Notes: generated by a model not told the origin, from the sequence alone. DNA of 64,000 nucleotides from Thermoproteota archaeon (GCA_027491415.1 JAOZFH010000007.1:17266-81265), one strand, 5' to 3'; shown: positions 47,391 to 56,568, numbered from the stretch's first letter. Made by a program: numbers and translations.

Positions 47391-49747
47391 CCACAGGCGT
47401 CAGGCTCACGAAGATCAGGCTGAAGAACTTCAAGTCCTTCCGCAGCGCCGCCATAGAGTTCCCCTCCGACTTGACCGCCATCACCGGGCCCAACGGCTCG
47501 GGCAAGTCCAACGTGATGGAGGCAGTCATGTTTGCCATGGGCGCCAGGGGCAGCTGGCTCAGGTCCCAGGGGCTCAGGGGTCTAATCAGGAAGGGGGCCA
47601 CCAGCTGCTCCGTCGAGCTGATCCTCAGGCACCCGGGCGGGGCGCTGAGGCTCGAGAGGAGGATAACGAGATCCGGAGGATCCTACAGGCTCAACGGAAA
47701 GTTGGCGTCCGCCAACGAGGTCAGAGACGCCCTAGCGGAGCTCGGCCTCAGGGCCGATGGACACAACTTCGTTAGCCAGGGCGAGGTCACCGCGGTAATC
47801 GAGTCGACCCCCAGGGAGAGGGCCGCTCTGATCCTCGAGATCAGCGGGATTGAGGAGTTCGAGAGGAAGAGAGAGGAGACCCTGAGAGAGTTAGAGCGAG
47901 TGGGGGAGCGCATCAGGGTACTCAGAGCGCTTCAGAGGGACAGACTGGACAGGCTGGAGTTCCTGAGGAGGAGGGCGGAGGCGTACCGCGAGAGGGGAGA
48001 GTTGGAGCGCAGACTGGCCTCCCTGGAAAAGGCGGTCCTCCTGAGGAGGATAGAAAGGGCTGAGAGGGCCCTAGAAGAGCTTCAACCCCCCGAGGCCCCC
48101 GCCATATCTGAGGAGGAGATTGAGGAGATGAAGAGGGAGGTCAGGCGAGCTGAATCAGAACTCAGGAAGCTGGAGGGCTCGGAAGAGCTCAAGAGAGCTA
48201 GGGAGGCCGCCACAATCAAGACGCGCATATTGACTCTTCGGGAGAGGCTTAGGTCGCTGGATGCGGAGCTAGAGGGAGTAAGAACCCTCTTGGCGACTAT
48301 GGGGGCCTCTTCGCCGCCGAAGTCCGTGACGAGCCATCCGGATTACGTGGGGATAGTCGCGGAACTCGTCAGGCCTGTGAAAGGCTACGAGATAGCGTAC
48401 AGGGCGGTCGCCGGGGCGAGGGTGTGCGACGTGGTGGTCAGGACCCTGGAGGCCGGGCTCGAGATAGTGAAGTCCCTCAGAGACGCGCGCCTGAACCGGA
48501 GGATAAGGGTGCTCCCGCTCGACGTCTTGAGGCCCCCGAGACCTGTAGATCCACCTGAGTACTCCCTCGGGCTGCTCAGGGGCTATGTCCTGGCAGAGCC
48601 GGGGATGGAGGGGCTCGTGGGGGCAATGGTCGGGAACGCCGTGCTTGTGGAGGACCTAGATTCTGTCCCCAAGTCTGACGTTGGCAGGTACCGCTTCGTC
48701 AGCCTGCACGGTGAGATCCTCGAGAGGGACGGCAGCATTCTGTCCTCTCCCCCCTCCCCCGCGCAGGAGAGGCGCCTCAAGAGGAGGCTGGAAGAGCTGC
48801 TGGAGGAGCGGGAGAGGGTCAGAGAGAAGCTCGAGGAGCTTGAGGCTAGGGCGCGGGAGCTCCCACCGCCGGAGCGTGCGCAGGAGGTTGAGGAGGTCCT
48901 GAAAGAGGTAAGGAAGAGGATAGATGAGCTCAGAACCGAGCTGGAAAGGGCCATAAGTTCGAGGCTGGCCTACGAGCGTAGGATGCGCGCCGTCGCCGAG
49001 GAGAAGGGGAAGCTGTCCCAGAGACTCGAGGAGCTTAGGGCAAGGCTTGAGAGCCTGGAGGGCGTGGAGCCAGCCGAGTCCGACGACCCCGAGTCGGAGT
49101 ACGCCGCCGTGGCGGCTAGGCTTAGGACCATTCCGCTGGTCGGGCCCGACGTGTTGGAGGAGCTGAGGAGGGAGGAAGCGAAGGCCCGAGAGATGGATGA
49201 GACACTGGCCCAGCTGGAAGAAGCGAGGGCCTCGATAGAGAGAGCCCTCGACGAGATAGCCAAGGAAAGGGACCGGGTCCTGAGGGAGACCGTTGAGAAG
49301 GTGTCGAAGGCGTTCAACGATGCCATTGGAGAGATGTTCGGCGGAGAGGGCGAAGTCTGGCTTTCGGGCGAGTGGCCGAGACTGGAGCTCGAGGTCAGGG
49401 TTAACCTCCCGGAGAAGGGAGAGGTTCCGATGGAGGCGCTCTCAGGCGGAGAGAAGTCTCTCACGGCCCTGGCCTTCATATACGCCCTTCAGAGCGTCCG
49501 ACCCAGCCCGCTCTACTTCTTCGACGAGGCGGATATGATGCTGGACGGCAGGAACTGCAAGAGGTACGCAGCCCTGCTGAGGAGGATGGTGACAAGGGGG
49601 TCGCAGGTGATCATAATCTCCCTCAAGAAGGACACGCTCGAGGAGGCGGACGCCATACTTGGCGTGAGGATGGTGAACGGCGAGTCGAAGGTGGTGGGCG
49701 TGAGGCTCGATGAGTTCGATCGCGTCGAATATAATTCTGAGGGTTGA
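47387..49747 (+). CDS. smc: Short Smc-family chromosome segregation ATPase (about 786 aa); probable CTG start
   Basis: LKNFKSF, GPNGSGKSN, Q-loop SQGEV, hinge-like domain, LSGGEKS, FFDEAD; followed by scpA and scpB. Confidence 0.88.
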   Translation: MTTGVRLTKIRLKNFKSFRSAAIEFPSDLTAITGPNGSGKSNVMEAVMFAMGARGSWLRSQGLRGLIRKGATSCSVELILRHPGGALRLERRITRSGGSYRLNGKLASANEVRDALAELGLRADGHNFVSQGEVTAVIESTPRERAALILEISGIEEFERKREETLRELERVGERIRVLRALQRDRLDRLEFLRRRAEAYRERGELERRLASLEKAVLLRRIERAERALEELQPPEAPAISEEEIEEMKREVRRAESELRKLEGSEELKRAREAATIKTRILTLRERLRSLDAELEGVRTLLATMGASSPPKSVTSHPDYVGIVAELVRPVKGYEIAYRAVAGARVCDVVVRTLEAGLEIVKSLRDARLNRRIRVLPLDVLRPPRPVDPPEYSLGLLRGYVLAEPGMEGLVGAMVGNAVLVEDLDSVPKSDVGRYRFVSLHGEILERDGSILSSPPSPAQERRLKRRLEELLEERERVREKLEELEARARELPPPERAQEVEEVLKEVRKRIDELRTELERAISSRLAYERRMRAVAEEKGKLSQRLEELRARLESLEGVEPAESDDPESEYAAVAARLRTIPLVGPDVLEELRREEAKAREMDETLAQLEEARASIERALDEIAKERDRVLRETVEKVSKAFNDAIGEMFGGEGEVWLSGEWPRLELEVRVNLPEKGEVPMEALSGGEKSLTALAFIYALQSVRPSPLYFFDEADMMLDGRNCKRYAALLRRMVTRGSQVIIISLKKDTLEEADAILGVRMVNGESKVVGVRLDEFDRVEYNSEG

Positions 49748-50372
49748 GCGCGTCCTCTCGGAGTTCCGCCGAGCCAGGGACATGCCTTGGGCCGCCAGGA
49801 CCCTCTACTCCCTGGCGGTCGAGCTTAGGAGGTTTGCCGACTCACTCGTGAGGCTGGGTGAGGAAGAGGAGGCTCCCCAGGAGACCAAACCCAGGGTCAG
49901 GCGGATTAGGCTCGCTCCCGTGGCCACCATTCCCGAGCCCCTTCTGGGGAGGGTGCCGGCCCGGAGGACCAGACCCTCAGAGTTCGCCGCGGCGATGGAG
50001 TGGGCGAGAACACTCGGGAGGAGGGCCGAGGACGGCCTCTCCAGGATAATCTCGGCGGCAATGAGCTTGGCGGAGCACCTGGACAGGGTGAGGTCCAGGC
50101 TTCTGGAGTTGATCGGCAGATCGGGACGCCGCGAGGTTCCCTTCCACGAGCTGGCCAGGGACAGGTCAGAGGCGGCCGGGGCTATCGTCTCCCTCCTTCA
50201 CATGGAGCTGGAGGGGGAGGTCGAGCTTCAGCAGAAGATCCTTTTTGGTGAGATCCTCATACGGTTGAGGCGGGTTGACCAGACCGGAGTTGGTGATCGA
50301 GGCCGCGCTCTTCATCGCCGGAAGGCCGCTCTCGGAGGAGGAACTGGCCAAGGTCGCGGGTGTGCCCCCTGA
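49710..50372 (+). CDS. scpA: ScpA-like kleisin
   Basis: N-terminal helix AARTLYSLAVELRRFADSL, C-terminal winged helix SLLHMELEGEVELQQKILFGEILI; between smc and scpB. Confidence 0.75.
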   Translation: MSSIASNIILRVERVLSEFRRARDMPWAARTLYSLAVELRRFADSLVRLGEEEEAPQETKPRVRRIRLAPVATIPEPLLGRVPARRTRPSEFAAAMEWARTLGRRAEDGLSRIISAAMSLAEHLDRVRSRLLELIGRSGRREVPFHELARDRSEAAGAIVSLLHMELEGEVELQQKILFGEILIRLRRVDQTGVGDRGRALHRRKAALGGGTGQGRGCAP

Positions 50373-50748
50373 GGAGGTGCCCGGCTGGATATCCCGACTC
50401 GAGGAGGCCTACAGGGACAGGTCCATAGCCATCGAGCGGAGGCCCACCGGGTGGTACATGACCCTCAAGCGTGAGTTCCACGACATCGTGGGGAGGCTGG
50501 CCCCGAGACCGGAGCTGACCAGGGGAGAGCTCAGGACCCTCGCCTTCCTCTTGGAGAGGGGCGGCATGTACCTGGTTGACCTCGCCAGGGTGAGGGGGGC
50601 GTCGGCCTACAGGCACGTCAAGAGGCTCAGGCGCGAGGGCCTGGTCGGAGTGAGGAAGAAGAACGGCAAGATGTACGCTTGGGCCACGAGGATGGCCAGA
50701 AACTTCTTCGAAGTGGCGCCCAGCATCGATAAAAATAGGCGGCGGTGA
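50275..50748 (+). CDS. scpB: ScpB (KITE subunit)
   Basis: IEAALFIAGRPLS, ELTRGELRTLA, VRGASAYRHVKRL. Confidence 0.88.
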   Translation: MTRPELVIEAALFIAGRPLSEEELAKVAGVPPEEVPGWISRLEEAYRDRSIAIERRPTGWYMTLKREFHDIVGRLAPRPELTRGELRTLAFLLERGGMYLVDLARVRGASAYRHVKRLRREGLVGVRKKNGKMYAWATRMARNFFEVAPSIDKNRRR

Positions 50749-52715
50749 AACCCTCTGAGGTGCCTGCCCTGTCGGGCGGCGAGTCGAGCAGGGAATACGT
50801 CTTCAAAGAGCTGCAGAGGAGAGGGATCTCCAGCGAAGTCGCCGAGTACATGATCGAGAACCTGGAGATGGCGGGTATCTTGGAGGCCCTTGGGCTCCTC
50901 CTCCTGATGACGGCGAAGGGGGACGGCATACTCCAGAGGCTGGAGGATCTCGGAAGCCTCCAGGTGGAGGAGCTGAAGCCGAGACTCGCGAGCGTCGTGG
51001 AGAAGGTGGACGAGCTCGTTAGAGATATGGCCTCCGATCCCGACGTCGCCTCGAAGCCGGGTCCGCTCTCCAGAGCGCTGGGAAAGGCGTTCGGGAAGGG
51101 AGGGGTGGCCAGGCGGTACTCACCCAGGATAGAGTCCCTCATGGATTCGCTGGAGGCGGTTCTCTGGGCGATAGAGGAGGAGGCTAGGAAAGTCCTACTG
51201 AGGAAGCTGGAGACGCTCGAGGCAGATGCGAGGGAGCTGCTGGGCGCCGCCGAGAGGGGAGAGTTCTCCGAGATAGCTTCCAAGCTGAGGGGCCACCTGG
51301 CGAAGGTGGAAGAACTCCTGAGCTCTCCCCTGAAGTCGACTTCAGATCTCGAGGCCGCCCTTATAGAGACCCAGAGGATCGACTCAGAAATCAGAGAAAT
51401 CAGAGAGGTTCTCGCCAGGTCCAAGGAGGTTAGGGCAGCCCTCGCGGCGGAACTCTCTAGGATCAGGGGACAGATAGAGTCGATCCGCCTCAAGGCGAGC
51501 AGGATAAAGGAGACAGGGATAGACCCCGTGTACATCGAGGACTCGGTGAGGTGGATCGAGGCCAGGATCGCCCGGATCGAGAACCGGTGTCCTCCAGAGG
51601 ATTTGGAGTGCATGGAGACCGCCCTCGCGGACCTGAGATCTCTGGAGCAGAGGGCTCTCAAACCCCTGCTGGACGAGCTTGAGAAGCTAGAGAGACTGAG
51701 CTCAGAGTTTGAGAACACCTTCGCCCTGATCCCCGAGGCCGAGAGGGCTGCCGAGATGCTCGACGGTGAGTTCAACACGAATGCGTTCACCGCCCTGATA
51801 GGGTCGCTGGCGGTGAAGCTGTCCTCGATCAGGGCGGGTACGGTGGTCAGGGACTACGAGGACATAGAGAAGATCGCCCAGGAGGTAAAGAGTATCAGAG
51901 AGACTCTCGAACTCCTGATATTCATCAGGAGAGCCGAGCAGAGGTCCGGGCCCATCTCCCAGCAGCTGAAGCTCGTCTCAGACGGCGACGCCGTCCTGGC
52001 CACCATAAGGGCCGCCCTTCAGGTTCCCACCATGTCACCGGAGGAGAAGGCCAGGCAGGCGCTGGCGCCACTCAAGGAGGTCCAGAGAAAGCTGTCTGAG
52101 TACCTCGAGGCCGCGGCGGACGCCGAGAGGTTCTACCCATACTGGAGGGAGTACGTCCTCACATCCCTCTCCAGGACGGGAACTCTGAGGATGGCGGACC
52201 TGGTGAAGATACCGGAGAGGTGGAGGTCGTGGGTGATCGGGAGGCTGAGGGACGAGGGGCTCGTGGAGCTCGAGGGCGATCTGGTAAAGCCCTCAGGGGT
52301 CGAAGTCCCGAGGCCCAAGCCCGCTCCTCTGATGGAGGAACGACGCCTAGAGGCGGTTAAGCCAGCCGTACGGCCCCAGGAGCCTAGGCCGTTAGGGCCG
52401 GCCGCCGCAGAGGCGCCAGAACCGAAACTCGAGGAGGCGCCCACGCAAACACCCACGGCCCCGGCGACAGAGGAGGCCGCCTTGAGGCCCGCCATACCGC
52501 CCCAGGCTCCACCCTCAGCTCCTGAGGCGCCGCCTCCGACTCCAGCAGTCGACACGATAGCCGAACTGCTTGACCTTCTGGAGGAGAAGTTGGGCGCACC
52601 CGTCAGTTCAGGCTCGGTCGCCGAACTCAGAAGGGTACTCTCGGCGGGCGGGACCGGTCGCGCCGCCAGTGACCTGCCTGATCTCCTTAGCAGACTGGCG
52701 AGAAGGATACCCTGA
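50745..52715 (+). CDS. Hypothetical coiled-coil protein with putative winged helix and Pro/Ala/Glu-rich linker
   Basis: 656 aa, long heptad-like helical region; GTGA overlap with scpB; upstream of tubulin-like gene. Confidence 0.7.
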   Translation: MKPSEVPALSGGESSREYVFKELQRRGISSEVAEYMIENLEMAGILEALGLLLLMTAKGDGILQRLEDLGSLQVEELKPRLASVVEKVDELVRDMASDPDVASKPGPLSRALGKAFGKGGVARRYSPRIESLMDSLEAVLWAIEEEARKVLLRKLETLEADARELLGAAERGEFSEIASKLRGHLAKVEELLSSPLKSTSDLEAALIETQRIDSEIREIREVLARSKEVRAALAAELSRIRGQIESIRLKASRIKETGIDPVYIEDSVRWIEARIARIENRCPPEDLECMETALADLRSLEQRALKPLLDELEKLERLSSEFENTFALIPEAERAAEMLDGEFNTNAFTALIGSLAVKLSSIRAGTVVRDYEDIEKIAQEVKSIRETLELLIFIRRAEQRSGPISQQLKLVSDGDAVLATIRAALQVPTMSPEEKARQALAPLKEVQRKLSEYLEAAADAERFYPYWREYVLTSLSRTGTLRMADLVKIPERWRSWVIGRLRDEGLVELEGDLVKPSGVEVPRPKPAPLMEERRLEAVKPAVRPQEPRPLGPAAAEAPEPKLEEAPTQTPTAPATEEAALRPAIPPQAPPSAPEAPPPTPAVDTIAELLDLLEEKLGAPVSSGSVAELRRVLSAGGTGRAASDLPDLLSRLARRIP

Positions 52716-52774
52716 GCACGCGTCGGCGATCGTTAATATTATTCCCATCCGGGCCGTCAGGAAGAGGTGGCCTA

Positions 52775-53971
52775 ATGCGCTGGTTTGGAATAGGACTGGG
52801 CGGGGCAGGTGGTGCGATCATCGACAGGACATACGACACGTTCACGGGAGAGGCCCCGTCGGCCATGGTGGACGCCGTAGTTTTCAACACGTCTGTGTCC
52901 GACCAGGCCAAGCTTCAGGTGCTCAAGGACAGGTTCTACCTCTTTGGAAGATTCGGCGGCGCTGGGGTCGGCGCCAGGTGGAAGGACTCCATGAAGGCCA
53001 TGCTGGAGCCAGAGAGCAAGGAACTCTTCATGAGGGCCGTCACCGAGAGGGGCGTAGCGAACTCGACGGCGGTGGTGCTCTCTGCGGCCTTAGGAGGGGG
53101 GACCGGCAGCGGGTCCATGCCGGTGGTGGCCGACTACGTCAGGGAGATACTCAGCGAGGGAGGCCCGCCCACTCAGCCCATAGTCTCCGTCGGCGTGCTT
53201 CCCTTCAAGTTCCCCAAGGAGAGCATGAGGTTTGCCTACAACTCTGTCATCGCGATGGCCAACATGCTCGGCAGAGTCGACTCGCTGATACTCTTGGATA
53301 ACGAGACTGCCAGAGAGATAGTCCTCAGGGACGAGCCGGGGTTGAGCGACGAGCAGGTCCTCGACAGGATAAACTCCCTCGTGGGTCGCTGCATGGTCGC
53401 CATGTCCGCGGCCGACGTGGAGCCCTTGAGGGGCGGGTACAAGACCACCTTCGACTCGCAGGACCTGAAGTCCATCCTCAGGTTCTTCGAGGCCTCCCTC
53501 ACGGTACTCTGCTACATGAAGGCTAGGGTGGAGTCCGTCGGCGGGAGCCTGGAGTTCCTGACGGAGGCAGCCCTCAGGGAGGGCTGCCTGGCCGAGGTCA
53601 GGGCGGGCACTGCCCTGAAGGCCGCCCTCGTGGTCAGGGGCCCTGAGGAGTACCTCAACGTAGACGCGGTGTTCGAGGCCAAGAGACTCCTGAGCGAGAA
53701 GATAGCTGGGGTGGACGTTAGAGAGGGGCTGGCGGTCGCCCCTGGGTCTAAGTACTTCGAGATAGCCATCCTGCTGGTGGAGCCGGAGCTGGTGAGGCTT
53801 CCCTCCCTCCTGAAGGAGGCCAGGCTCTACTACGAGGTGCACGAGGAGGAGCTCACCAAGATGGAGGATACGCCGAGGGAGGAGTTCGAGTCCTACGTGC
53901 AGGCGGTTGAGAGGCACCTGCTGACCGCGGCCGAGGCCAGGGAGGAGGCCGAGTCGGCCCCCTCGTCTTAA
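52775..53971 (+). CDS. Divergent tubulin/FtsZ-superfamily GTPase (CetZ-like)
   Basis: GLGGAGG, FNTS..D, GAGVG, signature GGGTGSG, VLPF, LLDNE, T7-like FDSQDL. Confidence 0.9.
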   Translation: MRWFGIGLGGAGGAIIDRTYDTFTGEAPSAMVDAVVFNTSVSDQAKLQVLKDRFYLFGRFGGAGVGARWKDSMKAMLEPESKELFMRAVTERGVANSTAVVLSAALGGGTGSGSMPVVADYVREILSEGGPPTQPIVSVGVLPFKFPKESMRFAYNSVIAMANMLGRVDSLILLDNETAREIVLRDEPGLSDEQVLDRINSLVGRCMVAMSAADVEPLRGGYKTTFDSQDLKSILRFFEASLTVLCYMKARVESVGGSLEFLTEAALREGCLAEVRAGTALKAALVVRGPEEYLNVDAVFEAKRLLSEKIAGVDVREGLAVAPGSKYFEIAILLVEPELVRLPSLLKEARLYYEVHEEELTKMEDTPREEFESYVQAVERHLLTAAEAREEAESAPSS

Positions 53972-54013
53972 CGATTTTTAACGGAATGCGCCGGCCGGCC
54001 GCGCGGGATAACC

Positions 54014-55465
54014 GTGGGGCACCTAGACCCCTTCTTCTACCCGGAATCGGTGGCCGTGATAGGCGCCTCCCGGGAGCCGGGCTCGGTGGGGCACGAGCTC
54101 CTCAGGGTGATGGTCGAAAACCAGAAGAGCGGCCTCTACAAGGGCAGGCTCTACGCAGTGAACCCCAAGGCGAGGGAACCCATCTTGGGCGTGCCCACCT
54201 ATCCGAGCGTCACCGACCTGCCGGAGCCGGTGGACCTCGGTGTGATCGTTGTCCCTGCGAGGATAGTCCCGGCCGTGGTGGACGAGTGCGGCAGGAGGGG
54301 GATCAAGCACGTGATCGTCATCTCAGGTGGGTTCGCCGAGGTGGGAGGGGAGGGCGTCGAGCTTCAGGAGAAACTCGTTGAGGTGGCGAAGAAACACGGA
54401 ATACGCGTGGTTGGCCCGAACTGCGTGGGAATAGTGTGCCCAGAGACGGGAGTGGACACCATGTTCCTCCCCTACAGGAAAGAACTGGGTGGCAGGGACC
54501 TCCTGTCCCTCCCGAGGCCCGGGCCGGGTAACATATCCCTCCTCACCCAGTCCGGCGCGTTTGGCGTGGCCTGCGTGGACTACATGGCTGGCGAGGGCCT
54601 GGGTCTGGCGAAGTTCGTCAGCTACGGCAACAAGGCCGACATAGACGAGGTGGAGCTCATGGAGTACCTGGCCGACGACCCCAAGACCAGGGTGATCGTG
54701 ATATACGCCGAGTCGATCGAGGAGGGGAGGAGGTTCATCGAGGCCGCCAGGAGGACCGTCCCGAAGAAGCCGGTCGTGGTGCTCAAGGCTGGCAGGACCG
54801 GGGCGGGCGCCAGGGCGGCGAGCTCGCACACAGCCGCGCTGGCGGGGGCTGACGAGGTTTACTCCGCCGCCTTCAGGCAGGCTGGCGTCGTGAGGGTCTA
54901 CGAAGTGGAGGAACTCTTCGACGTCACCAAGGCCCTCTCCATGCAGCCTCCGGCCAAGGGGCCCAGGATAGCCGTCCTCACAGACGGAGGTGGGGCTGGG
55001 GTCATGACGGCCGACGAGCTCGAGAGCAGGGGGGCCGTGGTCGTTCAGCTCTCCGAGGAGACCCAGTCCAGGCTAAGGGAGCTGATGGACAGGGGCGTGA
55101 TCCCCCCCATCTCGGCCGTAGCCAACCCGGTGGACGTCACGGGGAGCGCCACGGACGACGCGTTCGTGGAGTCGCTCCGGATCCTCTTGGACGCACCCGA
55201 GGTCGACGGGGTGATAGTGCTCCCGCTGCATCACGTGCCGGGCCTCACGTCCGACCTCCCAGACAGGATCGCGGCCGAGGTGAGGGAGAGGCGGGACAAG
55301 CCCGTCCTGGTGGCTGACATCGGGCAGGGAGAGTACGGAATCGCCTACAGGGAGAGGTTCGACGAGCTTGGAATACCGGCCTACCCGACCCCAGAGAGGG
55401 CCGCGAGGGCGATGGTGGGCTTAATCAAGTACGGGGAGGCTTTGAGGAGGATTGGGGCTCTGTGA
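54014..55465 (+). CDS. acdA: ADP-forming acetate/acyl-CoA synthetase alpha subunit (second copy)
   Basis: VAVIGAS, GPNCVG, TQSG, GNKAD, SHTA, NPVDVTG. Confidence 0.9.
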   Translation: MGHLDPFFYPESVAVIGASREPGSVGHELLRVMVENQKSGLYKGRLYAVNPKAREPILGVPTYPSVTDLPEPVDLGVIVVPARIVPAVVDECGRRGIKHVIVISGGFAEVGGEGVELQEKLVEVAKKHGIRVVGPNCVGIVCPETGVDTMFLPYRKELGGRDLLSLPRPGPGNISLLTQSGAFGVACVDYMAGEGLGLAKFVSYGNKADIDEVELMEYLADDPKTRVIVIYAESIEEGRRFIEAARRTVPKKPVVVLKAGRTGAGARAASSHTAALAGADEVYSAAFRQAGVVRVYEVEELFDVTKALSMQPPAKGPRIAVLTDGGGAGVMTADELESRGAVVVQLSEETQSRLRELMDRGVIPPISAVANPVDVTGSATDDAFVESLRILLDAPEVDGVIVLPLHHVPGLTSDLPDRIAAEVRERRDKPVLVADIGQGEYGIAYRERFDELGIPAYPTPERAARAMVGLIKYGEALRRIGAL

Positions 55466-55471
55466 GGAGTC

Positions 55472-55762
55472 TTAGTCCTCCCCCTCTCCCCTGTCCGGCT
55501 CTCGGGCCTCCTCCAGCCTGACAGGCCGCACCACCTCCCCTTCCCTCTTTGGACGTAGCGCGTAATACAGGCTGGCGATTATCTTCACGGAGGCCGCGAG
55601 CGCTCCCCATACGAACCACACGATTATCGACAGGGCGATTAGAGTGAGGACGACCGCGCTCAGCAGGGGGAGGTACTTCAATATCGACAGGAGGATGACC
55701 GCCGACAGGACCAGCAGGAGGGTGGCGAGGGTCAGGATCGCCAGCATGTCCCTGGCCCTCAC
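55472..55762 (-). CDS. Small hypothetical membrane protein
   Basis: Two to three hydrophobic helices and charged tail; start uncertain (55747, 55762 or 55798). Confidence 0.6.
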   Translation of the reverse strand: MRARDMLAILTLATLLLVLSAVILLSILKYLPLLSAVVLTLIALSIIVWFVWGALAASVKIIASLYYALRPKREGEVVRPVRLEEAREPDRGEGED

Positions 55763-55802
55763 GTCTGAGCGCCCCTCCCTCGAGCCGGGTGTCCGCATGT
55801 GG

Positions 55803-56513
55803 TCAGTCTCCGAAGGTCAGCTGGAACCCGCTGCTCCCCCCTCTTGGGATGTACCTCGCGAGCTCCGCGGCCAGCGCCTGTATGTTCATGGACTGGAGGA
55901 TGACCTTCCCCGGGCCCCTCAGCGTCGCCAGGAACAGCCCCTCTCCCGCGAACAGGATCGATCTTATCCCGCCGACCCTCTCGATGTCGTAGTCCACGCT
56001 AGCGTCGAAGGCCACCAGCTGCCCGGTGTCGACCTTCAGCACCTGCCCGGGCTTGAGGTCGTACTCGAGGAAGTCTCCCGCCGCGTGCACGAAGACAGTG
56101 CCGACCCCGCTGACTTTCTCCATTATGAGGCCCTCACCTCCGAAGAGCGCCGCCCCGAGCCGCCTCGCGATTCCCGGCTTGACCGTGACGCCGTCGGTGG
56201 CGGCCAAGAACCCACCCCTCTGAACGTAGTACTCGATGGTCCCGTCCAGCTTCAGGGCCGTTATCTTGCCCGGCACCGTGCCGGAGAAGGCGACCACCCC
56301 AGGGCCTCCCTCGGCCGTGAACTCGGTTAGAAAGAAGCTCTCCCCCGCTATCTTCCTCATTATCCCCTGGATGAAGCCTCCCCTGACCGTGGCATTCAGC
56401 CGAACGTTCCCCGACATGTGGTTAAGGGCGCCCGCCTCGGCGTAGATCGTCTCGCCGGGCTCCAGCTCCACCAGAACCATCTGAAGGTTATCCCCAATTA
56501 TCTTGTACCTCAT
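55803..56513 (-). CDS. AIM24 / TIGR00266 family protein
   Basis: LEPGETIYAEAGA, GESFF, LFGGEG, GEGLF, GPGKVILQS. Confidence 0.9.
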   Translation of the reverse strand: MRYKIIGDNLQMVLVELEPGETIYAEAGALNHMSGNVRLNATVRGGFIQGIMRKIAGESFFLTEFTAEGGPGVVAFSGTVPGKITALKLDGTIEYYVQRGGFLAATDGVTVKPGIARRLGAALFGGEGLIMEKVSGVGTVFVHAAGDFLEYDLKPGQVLKVDTGQLVAFDASVDYDIERVGGIRSILFAGEGLFLATLRGPGKVILQSMNIQALAAELARYIPRGGSSGFQLTFGD

Positions 56514-56568
56514 GATATCACCCCAGAGCCAGCCCCGGGGTACGTTTTATTCCTGCTCCGCCGTCTGA

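Noticed and set aside
47387-50748. smc-scpAB as a Wadjet/MksBEFG defence system
   Set aside because: No JetD/MksG Toprim nuclease, and the Smc head, hinge and ScpB motifs are of the canonical Smc-ScpAB type.
50627-51790. 387-aa Ser-rich antisense ORF
   Set aside because: Mirror of the Glu/Leu/Arg codons of the coiled-coil gene.
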